DNA from: Eledone cirrhosa
Lineage: Eukaryota
DNA length: 64,000 nt
Assembly (NCBI GenBank): GCA_964016885.1
Contig: OZ024743.1
Coordinates: 61,008,001 to 61,072,000, forward strand
Reading direction: 5' to 3'
The notes beneath the pieces were generated by a model. The model was not told the DNA's origin and made no database searches. It saw only the letters and a program-made list of their open reading frames with translations. Each line of letters starts with the position of its first letter. Positions within the stretch are counted from its first letter, which is position 1. Shown here piece by piece: positions 26,440 through 39,886 of the stretch. Position numbers and translations under genes: made by a program.

Positions 26440-26942
26440 TGGTGGCTGCCAACTCGTTTTCGAGTACGGCCACTACTTTATATCCATGTAGGAGAACCCC
26501 TACCGATGCGCTGAACGACTGTGACTTTTTAGTCCAGCCAGCGACTTGAAAACTCTGGTACAAACACTACACTTGTGACAATTATTGACACATAGTGCTG
26601 GGCCCATGGTACCATGTGACGACAAGTGCAGAGAGATCTCCAGATATAAAGCAATGCCTGTGCCGTGAAGCTTTTATAGTGAGCAAAGGCACTGCACAAA
26701 GCCAGTCCCACTCTCTTAACCAAGATGATATTTACCAAAAAGAAGAACAAGTCAACATCATTGGATACCATCAGGGTTGCAGGTGTTATATCAGAGTTTT
26801 CCTTCTCCTAGAATTCTGCCTTGACAAAGGCTAAGGGGTCATCTCTCCCGGTGATTTTGGATGGCCATTGACTCTTAAGAGCTCCTTTGCCCTTTGACAG
26901 GTTTTGTTTTTAGTCCTGCAGGATGTCCAAAGTCACCCTCCT
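26440..26942 (-). mobile_element. RTE-derived unit 4 (5'-truncated)
   Basis: Breaks at GTCACCCTCCT into (TA)n. Confidence 0.75.
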
Positions 26943-26992
26943 ATATATATATATATATATATATATACATACATACATATATATACATACAT

Positions 26993-27027
<35 letters not shown>

Positions 27028-27033
27028 CATACA

Positions 27034-27065
<32 letters not shown>

Positions 27066-27828
27066 CATATATATATATACATACATACATACATACATAT
27101 ATACATACATACATATATATAAATACATACATATATATATAGATATACATACATATACATACATATATATATATATATACATAAATATATATAGATATAC
27201 ATACATACATACATATACATACATATATATATATACATACATATATACATATATATAGATATACATACATACATATATACATATACATACACATATATAT
27301 ATATATATACATGCATATATATATACATACATATATATATATACATACATACATTTATATATACATATATACACATATACATATATACATACATATACAT
27401 ATATACACATACATACATATACATACATACACATATACATATACATGCATACATACACATACATACACATATATATACATACATACATATACACATACAT
27501 ACATATACGCATACAAACATATATATATATACATACATATATATATACATACATATATATATATGTATACATACATACATATATACATACATACACATAT
27601 ATATATATACATACATTACATACATATATATACATACATACATATATATACATACATACATATATATACATACATACATATATATACATACATACATATA
27701 TACATACATCATATATACATACATACATATATATATACATACATCATATATACATATATACATATATATATATACATACACACACATATACATATATATG
27801 TATACATACATACATATATATATACATA

Positions 27829-28120
27829 TGTAGGACGTGAGTTTTATTGTAGTACAATAAAGCAATGCAGATATCGGATAAGAAGCACTCTACAATTTGT
27901 AGGACTGGAGTATACATAATATATAAGATCAAAAGATGGTTAAAAGAGTTATGTTAATTTAAAACTGCACTATTCACAAGTGTTTTTTTAACCTTCATAT
28001 CATGTCTTCCTATTTTATCTGATGAAAACACAAATATTATTGCATGATGATATTTGTTTTTGAAATGCGCATAATAAAATACATGAAACTCTTTTAACCA
28101 TCTTTTGATCTTATATATTA
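27829..28120 (+). mobile_element. Short pLTR with inverted end; copy at 30714-31005
   Basis: 27918-27950 is inverted at 28088-28120; contains an HHR. Confidence 0.7.
28011..28081 (+). ncRNA. Canonical type I hammerhead; copy at 30896-30966
   Basis: TATTTTAT-CTGATGA-AAAC-ACAAATATT...GATATTTGT-TTTT-GAAA-TGCGCA-TA-ATAAAATA. 8-bp stem I, palindromic stem III. Confidence 0.85.
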
Positions 28121-28216
28121 TATATATACATATATATATATACATACATATATATATATATACATATATACATACATACATACATACATACATACATACA
28201 TACATACATACATACA

Positions 28217-28252
<36 letters not shown>

Positions 28253-28290
28253 CATACATACATATATACATACATACATACATATATATA

Positions 28291-28892
28291 TGGTGGCTGC
28301 CAACTCGTTTTCAAGTACTGCCACTACTTTATATCCATGTAGGAGAATCCCTACCGATGCGCTGAACGAGTGTGACTTTTTAGTCCAGCCAGTGACTTGA
28401 AAACTCTGATACAAAAACTACACTTGTGACAATTATTGACACATAGTGCTGGGCCCATGGTACCATGTGACAAGTGCAGAGAGATCTCCAGATATAAAGC
28501 AATGCCTGTGCCGTGAAGCTTTTATAGTGAGCAAAGACACTGCACAAAGGCAGTCCCACTCTCTTAACCAAGATGATATTTACCAAAAAGAAGAACAAGT
28601 CAACATCATTGGATACCATCAGGGTTGCAGCTGTTATATCAGAGTTTTCCTTCTCCTAGAATTCCGCCCTGACAAATGCTAAGAGGTCATCTCTCCCAGT
28701 GATTGTGGATGGCCATTGACTCTTAAGAGCTCCTTTGCCCTTTGACAGGTTTTGTTTTTAGTCCTGCAGGATGTCCAAAGTCACCCTCCTCACCAAGAAA
28801 CCTTGGTGGGGTTGCCAGTTTAGTCGCCAACGACCCGACCATGAGACAGCTTGGGATACATGTTACCAGTAACACCAACTGGTGACCTGACA
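28291..28892 (-). mobile_element. RTE-derived unit 5 (mosaic of unit 6 and unit 2 variants)
   Basis: Left half shares unit 6 variants; right half shares unit 2 variants. Confidence 0.75.
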
Positions 28893-28958
28893 TACATATA
28901 TATATACATACATACATACACACATACATATACATACATACATACATACATACATACA

Positions 28959-28994
<36 letters not shown>

Positions 28995-29319
28995 TACATA
29001 CATACACACACACATATATATACATATACATACATATATGTATATATATACGTTATTCCGGGTTGAATCGGAGGTAACCACAGTAAGTAAGGTACTCAAT
29101 ACATAGCAGAGTATAACAGTTTTAATATAGATGAGATTCTACAGGACTAGAACTGTTTCATTCATTAGAAATCATCAGGAATCACCTGATGATTTCTAAT
29201 GAATGAAACAGTTCTAGTCCTGTAGAATCTCATCTATATTAAAACGTATATATATATATATATATATATACATACATACATACATATATACATATACATA
29301 CATACATATATATATATAC

Positions 29320-29366
<47 letters not shown>

Positions 29367-29575
29367 CATATACATACATACATATACACATATATATATA
29401 CATATATCTATATATACATACATATATATACATATACATACATATACATATATATACATACATATATATATATACATACATATATATATATATACATACA
29501 TGCATACATATATATACATACATATATATACATATATATATATACATGCATATATATATATATATATATACATAC

Positions 29576-29635
<60 letters not shown>

Positions 29636-29871
29636 GCATACATACATATATATATATACCTACATATATACATACATATACATATATATATATACATACA
29701 TACATATATACATACATACATATATATACATATATATATATATACATACACACATACATATATATACATATATATATATACATATATATATATATACATA
29801 CATACATACATATATACATACATACATATATATATATATATACATACATACATACATATATATACATACAT

Positions 29872-29906
<35 letters not shown>

Positions 29907-29908
29907 CA

Positions 29909-29940
<32 letters not shown>

Positions 29941-31077
29941 CATATACATATATATATATACATACATACATACATACATATATACATACATACATATATA
30001 TAAATACATACATATATATATAGATATACATACATATACATACATATATATATATATATACATAAATATATATAGATATACATACATACATACATATACA
30101 TACATATATATATATATACATACATATATACATATATATAGATATACATACATACATATATACATATACATACACATATATATATATATATACATGCATA
30201 TATATATACATACATATATATATATACATACATACATTTATATATACATATATACACATATACATATATACATACATATACATATATACACATACATACA
30301 TATACATACATACACATATACATATACATGCATACATACACATACATACACATATATATACATACATACATATACACATACATACATATACGCATACAAA
30401 CATATATATATATACATACATATATATATACATACATATATATATATGTATACATACATACATATATACATACATACACATATATATATATACATACATT
30501 ACATACATATATATACATACATACATATATATATACATACATACATATATATACATACATACATATATATACATACATACATATATACATACATCATATA
30601 TACATACATACATATATATATACATACATCATATATACATATATACATATATATATATACATACACACACATATACATATATATGTATACATACATACAT
30701 ATATATATACATATGTAGGACGTGAGTTTTATTGTAGTACAATAAAGCAATGCAGATATCGGATAAGAAGCACTCTACAGTTTGTAGGACTGGAGTATAC
30801 ATAATATATAAGATCAAAAGATGGTTAAAAGAGTTATGTTAATTTAAAACTGCACTATTCACAAGTGTTTTTTTAACCTTCATATCATGTCTTCCTATTT
30901 TATCTGATGAAAACACAAATATTATTGCATGATGATATTTGTTTTTGAAATGCGCATAATAAAATACATGAAACTCTTTTAACCATCTTTTGATCTTATA
31001 TATTATATATATACATATATATATATACATACATACATACATACATACATACATACATACATACATACATACATACA

Positions 31078-31113
<36 letters not shown>

Positions 31114-31155
31114 TATACATACATACATATATACATACACACATACATATATATA

Positions 31156-31698
31156 TGGTGGCTGCCAACTCCTTTTCAAGTACTGCCACTACTTTATATC
31201 CATGTAGGAGAATCCCTACCGATGCGCTGAACGAGTGTGACTTTTTAGTCCAGCCAGTGACTTGAAAACTCTGATACAAAAACTACACTTGTGACAATTA
31301 TTGACACATAGTGCTGGGCCCATGGTACCATGTGACAAGTGCAGAGAGATCTCCAGATATAAAGCAATGCCTGTGCCGTGAAGCTTTTATAGTGAGCAAA
31401 GACACTGCACAAAGGCAGTCCCACTCTCTTAACCAAGATGATATTTACCAAAAAGAAGAACAAGTCAACATCATTGGATACCATCAGGGTTGCAGCTGTT
31501 ATATCAGAGTTTTCCTTCTCCTAGAATTTTGCCTTGACAAAGGCTAAGGGTCATCTCTCCCGGTGATTTTGGATGGCCATTGACTCTTAAGAGCTCCTTT
31601 GCCCTTTGACAGGTTTTGTTTTTAGTCATGCAGGATGTCCAAAGTCACCCTCCTCACCAACTAACCTTGGTGGGGTTGCCAGTTTAGTCGCCAACGAC
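31156..31698 (-). mobile_element. RTE-derived unit 6
   Basis: Same family; joined directly to an inverted copy. Confidence 0.75.
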
Positions 31699-32255
31699 TG
31701 TCAGGTCACCAGTTGGCGCTACTGGTAACATGTATCCCAGTACAACCTGATTCATGGTCGGGTCGTTGGCGACTAAACTGGCAACCCCGCCAAGGTTTCT
31801 TGGTGAGGAGGGTGACTTTGGACATCCTGCAGGAATAAAAACAAAACCTGTCAAAGGGCAAAGGAGCTCTTAAGAGTCAATGGCCATCCAAAATCACCGG
31901 GAGAGATGACCCCTTAGCCTTTGTCACGGCAAAATTCTAGGAGAAGGAAAACTCTGATATAACACCTGCAACTCTGATGGTATCCAATGATGTTGACTTG
32001 TTCTTCTTTTTGGTAAATATCATCTTGGTTAAGAGAGTGGGACTGGCTTTGTGCAGTGCCTTTGTTCACTATAAAAGCTTCACGGCACAGGCATTGCTTT
32101 ATATCTGGAGATATTGTCACAAGTGTAGTGTTTGTACTAGAGTTTTCAAGTCGCTGGCTGGACTAAGAAGTCACACTCGTTCAGCGCATCGGTAGAGGTT
32201 CTCCTACATGGATATAAAGTAGTGGCCGTACTCGAAAACGAGTTGGCAGCCACCA
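31699..32255 (+). mobile_element. RTE-derived unit 7 (inverted, small internal deletion)
   Basis: [47 protein letters not shown], hairpin ACTCGAAAACGAGT, (TATG)n tail. Confidence 0.75.
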
Positions 32256-32436
32256 TATATATATATATGTATGTATATATATATATGTGTATGTATGTAT
32301 ATGTGTATGTATATATGTATTTATGTATGTATATATGTATGTATATATGTATTTATGTATATATGTATGTATGCATGTATATATGTATGTATGTATATAT
32401 GTATGTATGTGTGTATGTATGTATATATGTATGTAT

Positions 32437-32506
<70 letters not shown>

Positions 32507-32637
32507 GTATATATGTATGTATGTGAGAGAGGGTGAGAGAGAGAGAGAGAGAGAGAGAGAAGTAAAGTACGTTCTATCGGGCACCGAGTCGCCGCTACTA
32601 AGGACAACAAGAGGAAGTGATAATCAGGAGCATCGTA

Positions 32638-33288
32638 GAATAATTGGAAAAACTCAATGCAAGGAAACTGTTAAACCAGCAAAATGCCGTCAATTACGGC
32701 TTCGGGTAAAATTTACCTGAGTGGTTAGAAATCAGCGGCTAGAAGTGTATTGACCCGTAGAGGTGATAGGAAGAAAGGAGAAAAATGAATACAATGGACG
32801 AGGGGGATCACACAGACATTTAAATACACTCATCAGCTTTTAGACCCCCTGTGATTTCAAGGATTTAATTAAAAATACAAAACCGGTGAAAGTGGGGGGG
32901 GGGGGGGACTCAGGAAAGTCAACAGCTATTCAATAACGTATATCTATCTAATCTGTTTGTATATCTATCTTATCTGTCCGGTTTTTTGCTCCCATATCAT
33001 ACCAACAGGAATATCTTTCTGTTACACGAACCGGCAATATTATATGGTACTATCAATTTAAATCGTGCGAACCACAGTCGGTATGAGAGCTGAAGAGGTA
33101 CAAAGATGTATGTGTGTTATCTTGAACCGTTCGTTGTCTACCTATATTTCTTTTTCATCTCACTTCAGTGGGCCAATACACTACTGGCCACTGATTTTCA
33201 TCCTTTGAGGTAATTTTACCCGACACTGTCATTGACGACATTATGTTGTTTTAACAGCTTCTCTTGCGCTGAGTTTTTCTCATTATTC
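32638..33288. repeat. Old element with diverged ~85-bp inverted repeats
   Basis: 32638-32722 (AAAAACTCA...CTGTTAAA...CGGGTAAAATT) versus 33207-33288 (AATTTTACCCG...TTTAACAG...TGAGTTTTT). Confidence 0.6.
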
Positions 33289-33657
33289 TATGAATCAAGG
33301 ACTATTAGGCCACGCAGGAAGTGGGGGGGGGGGGGGGGGTGATAGACTCAATGGCTAGGGTGGAGTATGATTCGGACAAGCCATTTCCCCAACTTTCCTG
33401 TACACCCAGATCTTCCTTTCTTTACCCCACCCTCTATCCGTCGCTTGGTTTTCTTTTAATCGTTTTTCTTTCATATTTACATCAATATTTGTAATGCTAT
33501 ATTTATCTGAGTAAAAGCCTTATATGAATTCTAATACAGTGTCGCATATATATATATATATTCAGACACATACATAGATACATACTTACATACATATATA
33601 CATACATATATTCATATATACATACACACATATATATCTGTGTATATAAATACACAC

Positions 33658-33709
<52 letters not shown>

Positions 33710-33711
33710 AA

Positions 33712-33821
<110 letters not shown>

Positions 33822-35029
33822 AGATGTGGGAGATAGATATTTAGATAGATAGATAGATATACACACATATATATGTATATGTGTCTGACTGTATGTTGTG
33901 TGTGTGTGTGTGTAGTGTTTTGAAATCATCATCAGCAAATCAGGAAAGTGTGATCTGGTAATTATTTTACAGTTAGAGTAAATATTGGTATTCAAGAACA
34001 ACACTGACTGACATTCGATTCAGTTTAGCCAGTAAATGTTTCTAAAATTATTATTTAAACATATAGTCTGAACGAATCCCCTGTCTGTTCCTGCTGTGAT
34101 ATATACATTGCCAGAAAAAAAGATTTCACCTGTCTTACAATAGAATTGCTGGTTTCTATCTAGAAATTTCGAAAGTGTGAAATTACTGTGTTTGTGTCAT
34201 TTATTTAAAGGAAAGTCTAAATATACTAAAGTCTAAACAGAAGATACCCCTCCATGATTTCTATCCGATAAAACCGGATGGTGAGGAATCGAGCCAATTC
34301 GGAAGTCAACATTGGCTCAAGGAATCTTGTATGAAAGATAGAAACAGAGATCTGAAATTAGCTGAAGAATATCTATATCTAGATAGCAAAATTAACCACT
34401 GAAATCAGCAAATAATCTTCAATGCGTATTTTGCTAAAAATAGCAGCCGAATTTCCCTTAATTAGTACACTATTATTTTAAATAAGAGGACTCAATGAAC
34501 AAGGATACTTCTAAACTGTTGGCATGGTCACTGTTGGAATGTATTGGATAACATGTCTGCTTGCTTAGGTTTGATCAAGACTTGAACAGTAGTAACAAGA
34601 ACTGATACTTAGATGTGTTACGCAAAGGTGACAATGTCGTGGTTAGCAACACCGGATCAGGAGTGGGTCGTTATCTCTTTTCCTCTTACCATAGTATAAA
34701 TAACAAGCAATAAACCAAAACAAGATAACCATTAAACTAACCAGCCAATGCTGACCCCTACCTTTTGCGGGATATTCGGAGACAAATATACAACCTGAGT
34801 ATAGTTCAAACCCAAATATCACGCAACTTCACATAAGGTTCCTCCCCGAAAGAGTCCCATAACTTCTGAGGGAGTGGATTGGGTGCCGTATTCACATACG
34901 GCGTTTCTAGGGCATTTTCTAAACCTGATGGAGCCCTACTTCTCGCCAGCTTTGAAAATAACAGATTTCTTCCAGAGAAGGATAGAAAATCAGATAAGAG
35001 AAGTGAGAAAGAGATATAGAAGAAGAATC

Positions 35030-35180
35030 CACCAGTACTAGACTGGTAATTATTTATCGACCTCGAAAGGATGAAAGGAAAAGTTGGCCTGGGCGGGATT
35101 TGGACTCAGAGAGCAGAGTCTGAAAGAATACTGCAAAGCATTCTGTCCGACGTTCTAACGTCTCTCTCAAATCACCGCCT
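35030..35180 (-). mobile_element. tRNA-derived SINE (Meta/MESC-like)
   Basis: TTTATCGACCTCGAAAGGATGAAAGG...GGGATTTGGACTCAGA on the plus strand. Confidence 0.8.
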
Positions 35181-35422
35181 CCCCGAACCATATAATCACC
35201 TTCAAATCTGTAGAAGAATACTAAAGCAACTAAGACGCACATCGTCACAGGTGGACATATACAGAAGAGGAAGACAGTCAATTAGTGCGGCTTTATACTG
35301 TTTCTGCCACACAACCTTTTACTAAGCTTACACAAACAGTATCAGTCAGATAACTAAACATATATAACCTGTATTCAGAAAATGTGTTAAGTGACGTCCG
35401 AACGAGTATCTTCCACCACCAA

Positions 35423-35560
35423 CTAACTTGTCCTCCGCTTCTTGGTCCCGGCTGACAGAATGAAGAATGAATTGCCCCGGATGATAGCGAGGGGGGCGTG
35501 CTGAAACAGCCTCTCCACCTCGTTGGGCTCGGACCTGGGGCGACCAACTTCGCTTACTGA
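35423..35560 (-). pseudogene. Diverged CRE-like RLE C-terminal fragment
   Basis: Manual translation EPNEVERLFQHAPLAIIRGNSFFILSAG aligns with EPRELEWLFQRVSLAVLRGNAFSILSAG. Confidence 0.75.
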
Positions 35561-36205
35561 CTGGTCTAAAATCTGCTTCACTTTCTCACTTTTATAGAAT
35601 TACTCATTATATGTCAGACGCAGGATATGAAATAGAAAACATAAAAAAGAGTTTTCTAAAATCTTAATTCAGATTATTATAAACGTATTCCCTAGGAATT
35701 AGGACTACCAATTTTCTATGGAGAGTTATTGTAAGCACTGATGATTATTTGTAAAACTTCCATAATTCTATCATCTTTTATAAAGTGAATGAATGAAGTG
35801 TTCAAAGGTTACATAGCTATCAGTATAACCACCCTTGGACACATGAAACCTCTATAGATTTTAACAATATTCTAGATACAAAGAGAAGATAAGGGAAGCC
35901 GTTCAAGTGACCTTAGCAGGTGTTTCTTAATTATTTGACATTACTACTGACTAAAGCCTCTCTCTCTCTCTCTCTCTCAAATAATCAATAATATGTCAAC
36001 TCACTGACGCAAGCAATGAACAGAATAGGATATTTTAAGAGAATGCATCTACAAACTGTCTACATGTAAGTCTCGTGTTCCCACAGTCTCTGACATAATA
36101 GACATAAGTCAATTTATATATATGAGTGTCTGTGTGTTTGTGCACATATTCTCTTACATAATGATTTCCTTATTTAATAGACGTACATCAGCATATATCT
36201 ATCTA

Positions 36206-36262
<57 letters not shown>

Positions 36263-36610
36263 ATATAGATATATATATATACCTGTGTGTGTGTGTGTAT
36301 GCGCACACACCCACACACGCGCACACATACATACATATTGATCATATTGAGAGACTACATTTAAACTGATGTCATTTACAAGAATCGTCATAGTCTATAT
36401 TCAACTCCTATTGGTAGGTTCATATACTGTACGCACATATATTTACATAGAAATACACATATATACACCATGACATTATATACTAGTAACGTTGTCACTC
36501 TCTCCCTCTCTTTCTCTCTCTCTCTATATATATTTTTTTATTTATTTTTTTTTTTTTGTGGGTGTGAGTGTGTGGGTGTGTGTGTGTCGGCTGAAACACG
36601 TATTAGAGTA

Positions 36611-36662
<52 letters not shown>

Positions 36663-36664
36663 TT

Positions 36665-37075
36665 ATATCCAGGGTGTGTAACGTGAAGTTACTGTAGGTT
36701 CAGCCAGGTGAGCACTCGATGCTTAGATTCTCTTCTGTAGCGAGATGTAGAGCTAAACAGAGTGTAAATATAATACAAGGACGATTTGCTATGCTCTCAT
36801 TACATTTATTGATTGGTGACGCGCGTTTCGCTATTCATAAGCTCAAGGTATCGACCTGGCCCGACTCTGACCACCATATGAACGCGATACGTTTTACAGA
36901 CATTTCTATGCTTTATATGTTCATTCTGTCATTACCACAGCAGAGGTCCGACGAGCTTTTGATTCCAGAGTCGGGTCAGATCGATACAGATCGAAACTTG
37001 AGTTGCTCAATAGCGAAACGTGCGTCACCAATCAATAAACGTAATGAAGGCATAACAAATCTATTCTATTTCAAA
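36665..37075 (+). mobile_element. pLTR family with inverted arm and HHR at 36945-37029; second copy 55210-55480 with HHR 55365-55449 on minus
   Basis: GGT-CCGACGA-GCT...AGC-GAAA-CGTGCG-TC-ACC. About 36790-36870 is inverted at 36966-37055. Confidence 0.7.
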
Positions 37076-38059
37076 TATATCAGATTTAATATTGTCCAAT
37101 TTAATGATACTTTCTTTTATCTGTGCCCAAAGGAAATCTGAAGAAGATTCATTAACCGTTTCAATTATTTTTACTTCACCTGAATTGCGGAGATATTGTC
37201 ACAGTATTCAATTTATAAAAAAAAAGTATCTCGGAGTAAGCTGCCTAGTCAAGACTCATAATCGCCTTAGAATTCCATTTAGTGCTGATGTAAAGACTGA
37301 ATCAATACAGATTGCCATCGTATTCTATGGTACGATGATCGCATCATATGTCAATGCATACTTGAATCAGAGTCAAATACATAATGTTTAACTTGTGTTC
37401 CCTTATTCTTTACTTGTTCAATATTATGTATAAATAGATATGGTAAAAGAGCTGTAAGTACTAATTACTTACAGGCCGGTGTTCATTCCTTCAATTTGAT
37501 GTTAGAACTCTGAGTTGCCAAAACTCTTTAAATCAAGTAAAAATAAAAACAGGGTTAGTCTTCCATTCGTTTGTCTTGTTCGTATATTCTTGATACGATT
37601 CATTCTAATTCGATAGAATAATATATTCTTTTGTAATAAACAACCCGAGTATTTGTATTTTATTGAAAATAATGTCCATTCCCGAAATGTAGAAGACTAT
37701 TATTATATCGGTATTTTAAAATATAGTACCAGTAATGCACTGGGTAATTGCTGGCCTTGTACCTAAAGTAGAGACAATTATTATATCGGTATTTGTCTTT
37801 TAGAAGATCTGGGAGTAAAAGTCGTGTACCGAGTCAACATAGACCCTTTCAAACTAAAGGGAATGATGTCATATATTTGTATGTATGTATGTATGTATGT
37901 TCTATTTGAGCAAATCTGGCCTCAGGAGCCACAGTCGCAGCCATGTTCAGAGAGAACCAGTGAACTATGATCTCCATGGTATTGAAAAATGTAATGAATG
38001 TGGAAAAGAATGTCGATCTGTAGCATGACTGAAGTGACATGTGAAGGTTCACAGGAAAC

Positions 38060-38545
38060 CTAATGCAAGAGCTGAAGCCAGGAAGATCCATAGCTGTCGT
38101 CAATGTGCAAGTCTCAAGCAGGCTTGAAATCCATATCAGAGCGTCACACATGTGAATCTGACAAGCGATTGCAATTCACTTAGCGTGAATTTGCAGCCAT
38201 CATGCATGTATGTATGTATGTCTGTATGGGAATGAAGGACCCCTAGCCTTTGTCAGGGCATTCTTTTAGGAGAAGGCAACTCAGGAAACTGGGATAACTC
38301 CGATATAAAACCAGCGGCTCAGTAGTTGTCGATGATGTTGATTTTTTCTTCTTTTCCGATTATAGCTACTGTCGCTCTGAGAGTGGAATTGGCTCAGTGC
38401 ACAGTCTTTCCTCACTTTAAAAAATATCCCAGGCATTGCCCGATAGAATTAATTAATAATTATTAATAATGGTATATCGTGCAATGACCATACTCGATAA
38501 CGAGGGGACAGCCATCAGCATCATTATGTATGTATGTATGATTGT
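38060..38545 (+). mobile_element. Two diverged RTE-derived fragments
   Basis: CCCTAGCCTTTGTCAGGGCA...TAGGAGAAGG, ACTCGATAACGAG hairpin, GCAGCCATCA + (TATG)n tails. Confidence 0.6.
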
Positions 38546-38916
38546 ATGCATCGGGATTAAACCAGTATTGGGGTTGTTAGACCATTATTCAATAGAGTAC
38601 TCGATATTTGGGATAGTAAAGTGTGATTATATTAGAAGGAGTCGTGGCCCGACGGCTGAGCTCCTGCAGTTTAAACACTTCGTTCCAGACTGGAAATAAC
38701 TGTGGCACCGGCAAGAGCTCTGTCATCGAACCCTGACACTTTTTAATACATATATATAACGAAGGAAATGTAGTAAGTAACCAGGTGGACCATAACGCAC
38801 CAAAGTACTCGATGCTGGGTAGTAGGGTGGGTAATAGGAAAAGAGTCAGCACCCCGACGGCTGAGCTCCAGCCATTTCGACAGCTAGGTCTGAACTAAGC
38901 CACCAGTATACACACA

Positions 38917-38967
<51 letters not shown>

Positions 38968-39397
38968 GGAAAAAATGAAACGAAATTTCATTTCCCCCTC
39001 TTAGTACGGTTGTTACTTAAATATAAGTATGTACACGTACATACATATATGTATACAGACGTACAGTAGTATGTATATATATATACATACATGCACACAT
39101 ATATATATGTACGTATGGATTCACCGAACATTTATTATAATGCTCGGTGTGTTTGTAAACAACCATCCCGTATTAAGCCGTAGTGTCCAGCAACCATCGT
39201 TGCTCGTTTGTTCAACACTGACAAAGGAACGCTGTACTAGTTTCAAGCTTGTTAGCTATCGTCAGCGACGTATACCTTCCTGCCAGATTGTTGAACCTAT
39301 ATACTTAACTTATGCATATTATGCATATATATATTTATATATATATATATATATACATATAAATATATATATATATAGATAGATATATACAGACACG

Positions 39398-39438
<41 letters not shown>

Positions 39439-39886
39439 ATAATAATAAATGTGAAGACTCAAATCCGAAGAGAGCTCTATAAGGAATATATATCAAATCT
39501 ATGAAAACCATAGAGCAAATATATATGTGTATATTTATACATGTATATATAATTATATGTATACACACACACAAATATATATATGTGTGTGTATTTAGTG
39601 TATACGTTCGTATGTGCGCGGGTATATGTGTCGTGCCTGGTTTACGTGCATGTGCGCGTGTTTATGTGTATGTGCATGTATATGTACGTACGGCATGCGT
39701 TTTCGCGTATGCACGTGTATTTACGTATACAGATGTGTGTATGTATATATATAATTGTATAATCGTAAATGTTATTACTTTTATGAATTTAATAGCCTCT
39801 GTCATTTTCGTTCAACAAATTTATTTACATTATTCTTAACTCGGAAGCTGAGAATCATTCGGTTTCCTAAATAGAATATTAGTCTA

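Noticed and set aside
22002-30804. Long ORFs of Y/I/H/T or M/Y/V/C
   Set aside because: Translations of stop-free microsatellites; the same applies to similar ORFs elsewhere in the window.
34225-34955. Possible host exons on minus (e.g. LARSRAPSGLENALETPYVN...DIWV*); similar candidates near 57900-58030 and 59260-59400
   Set aside because: Short open frames with no recognisable domain or consistent splice chain; needs RNA-seq or BLASTx.
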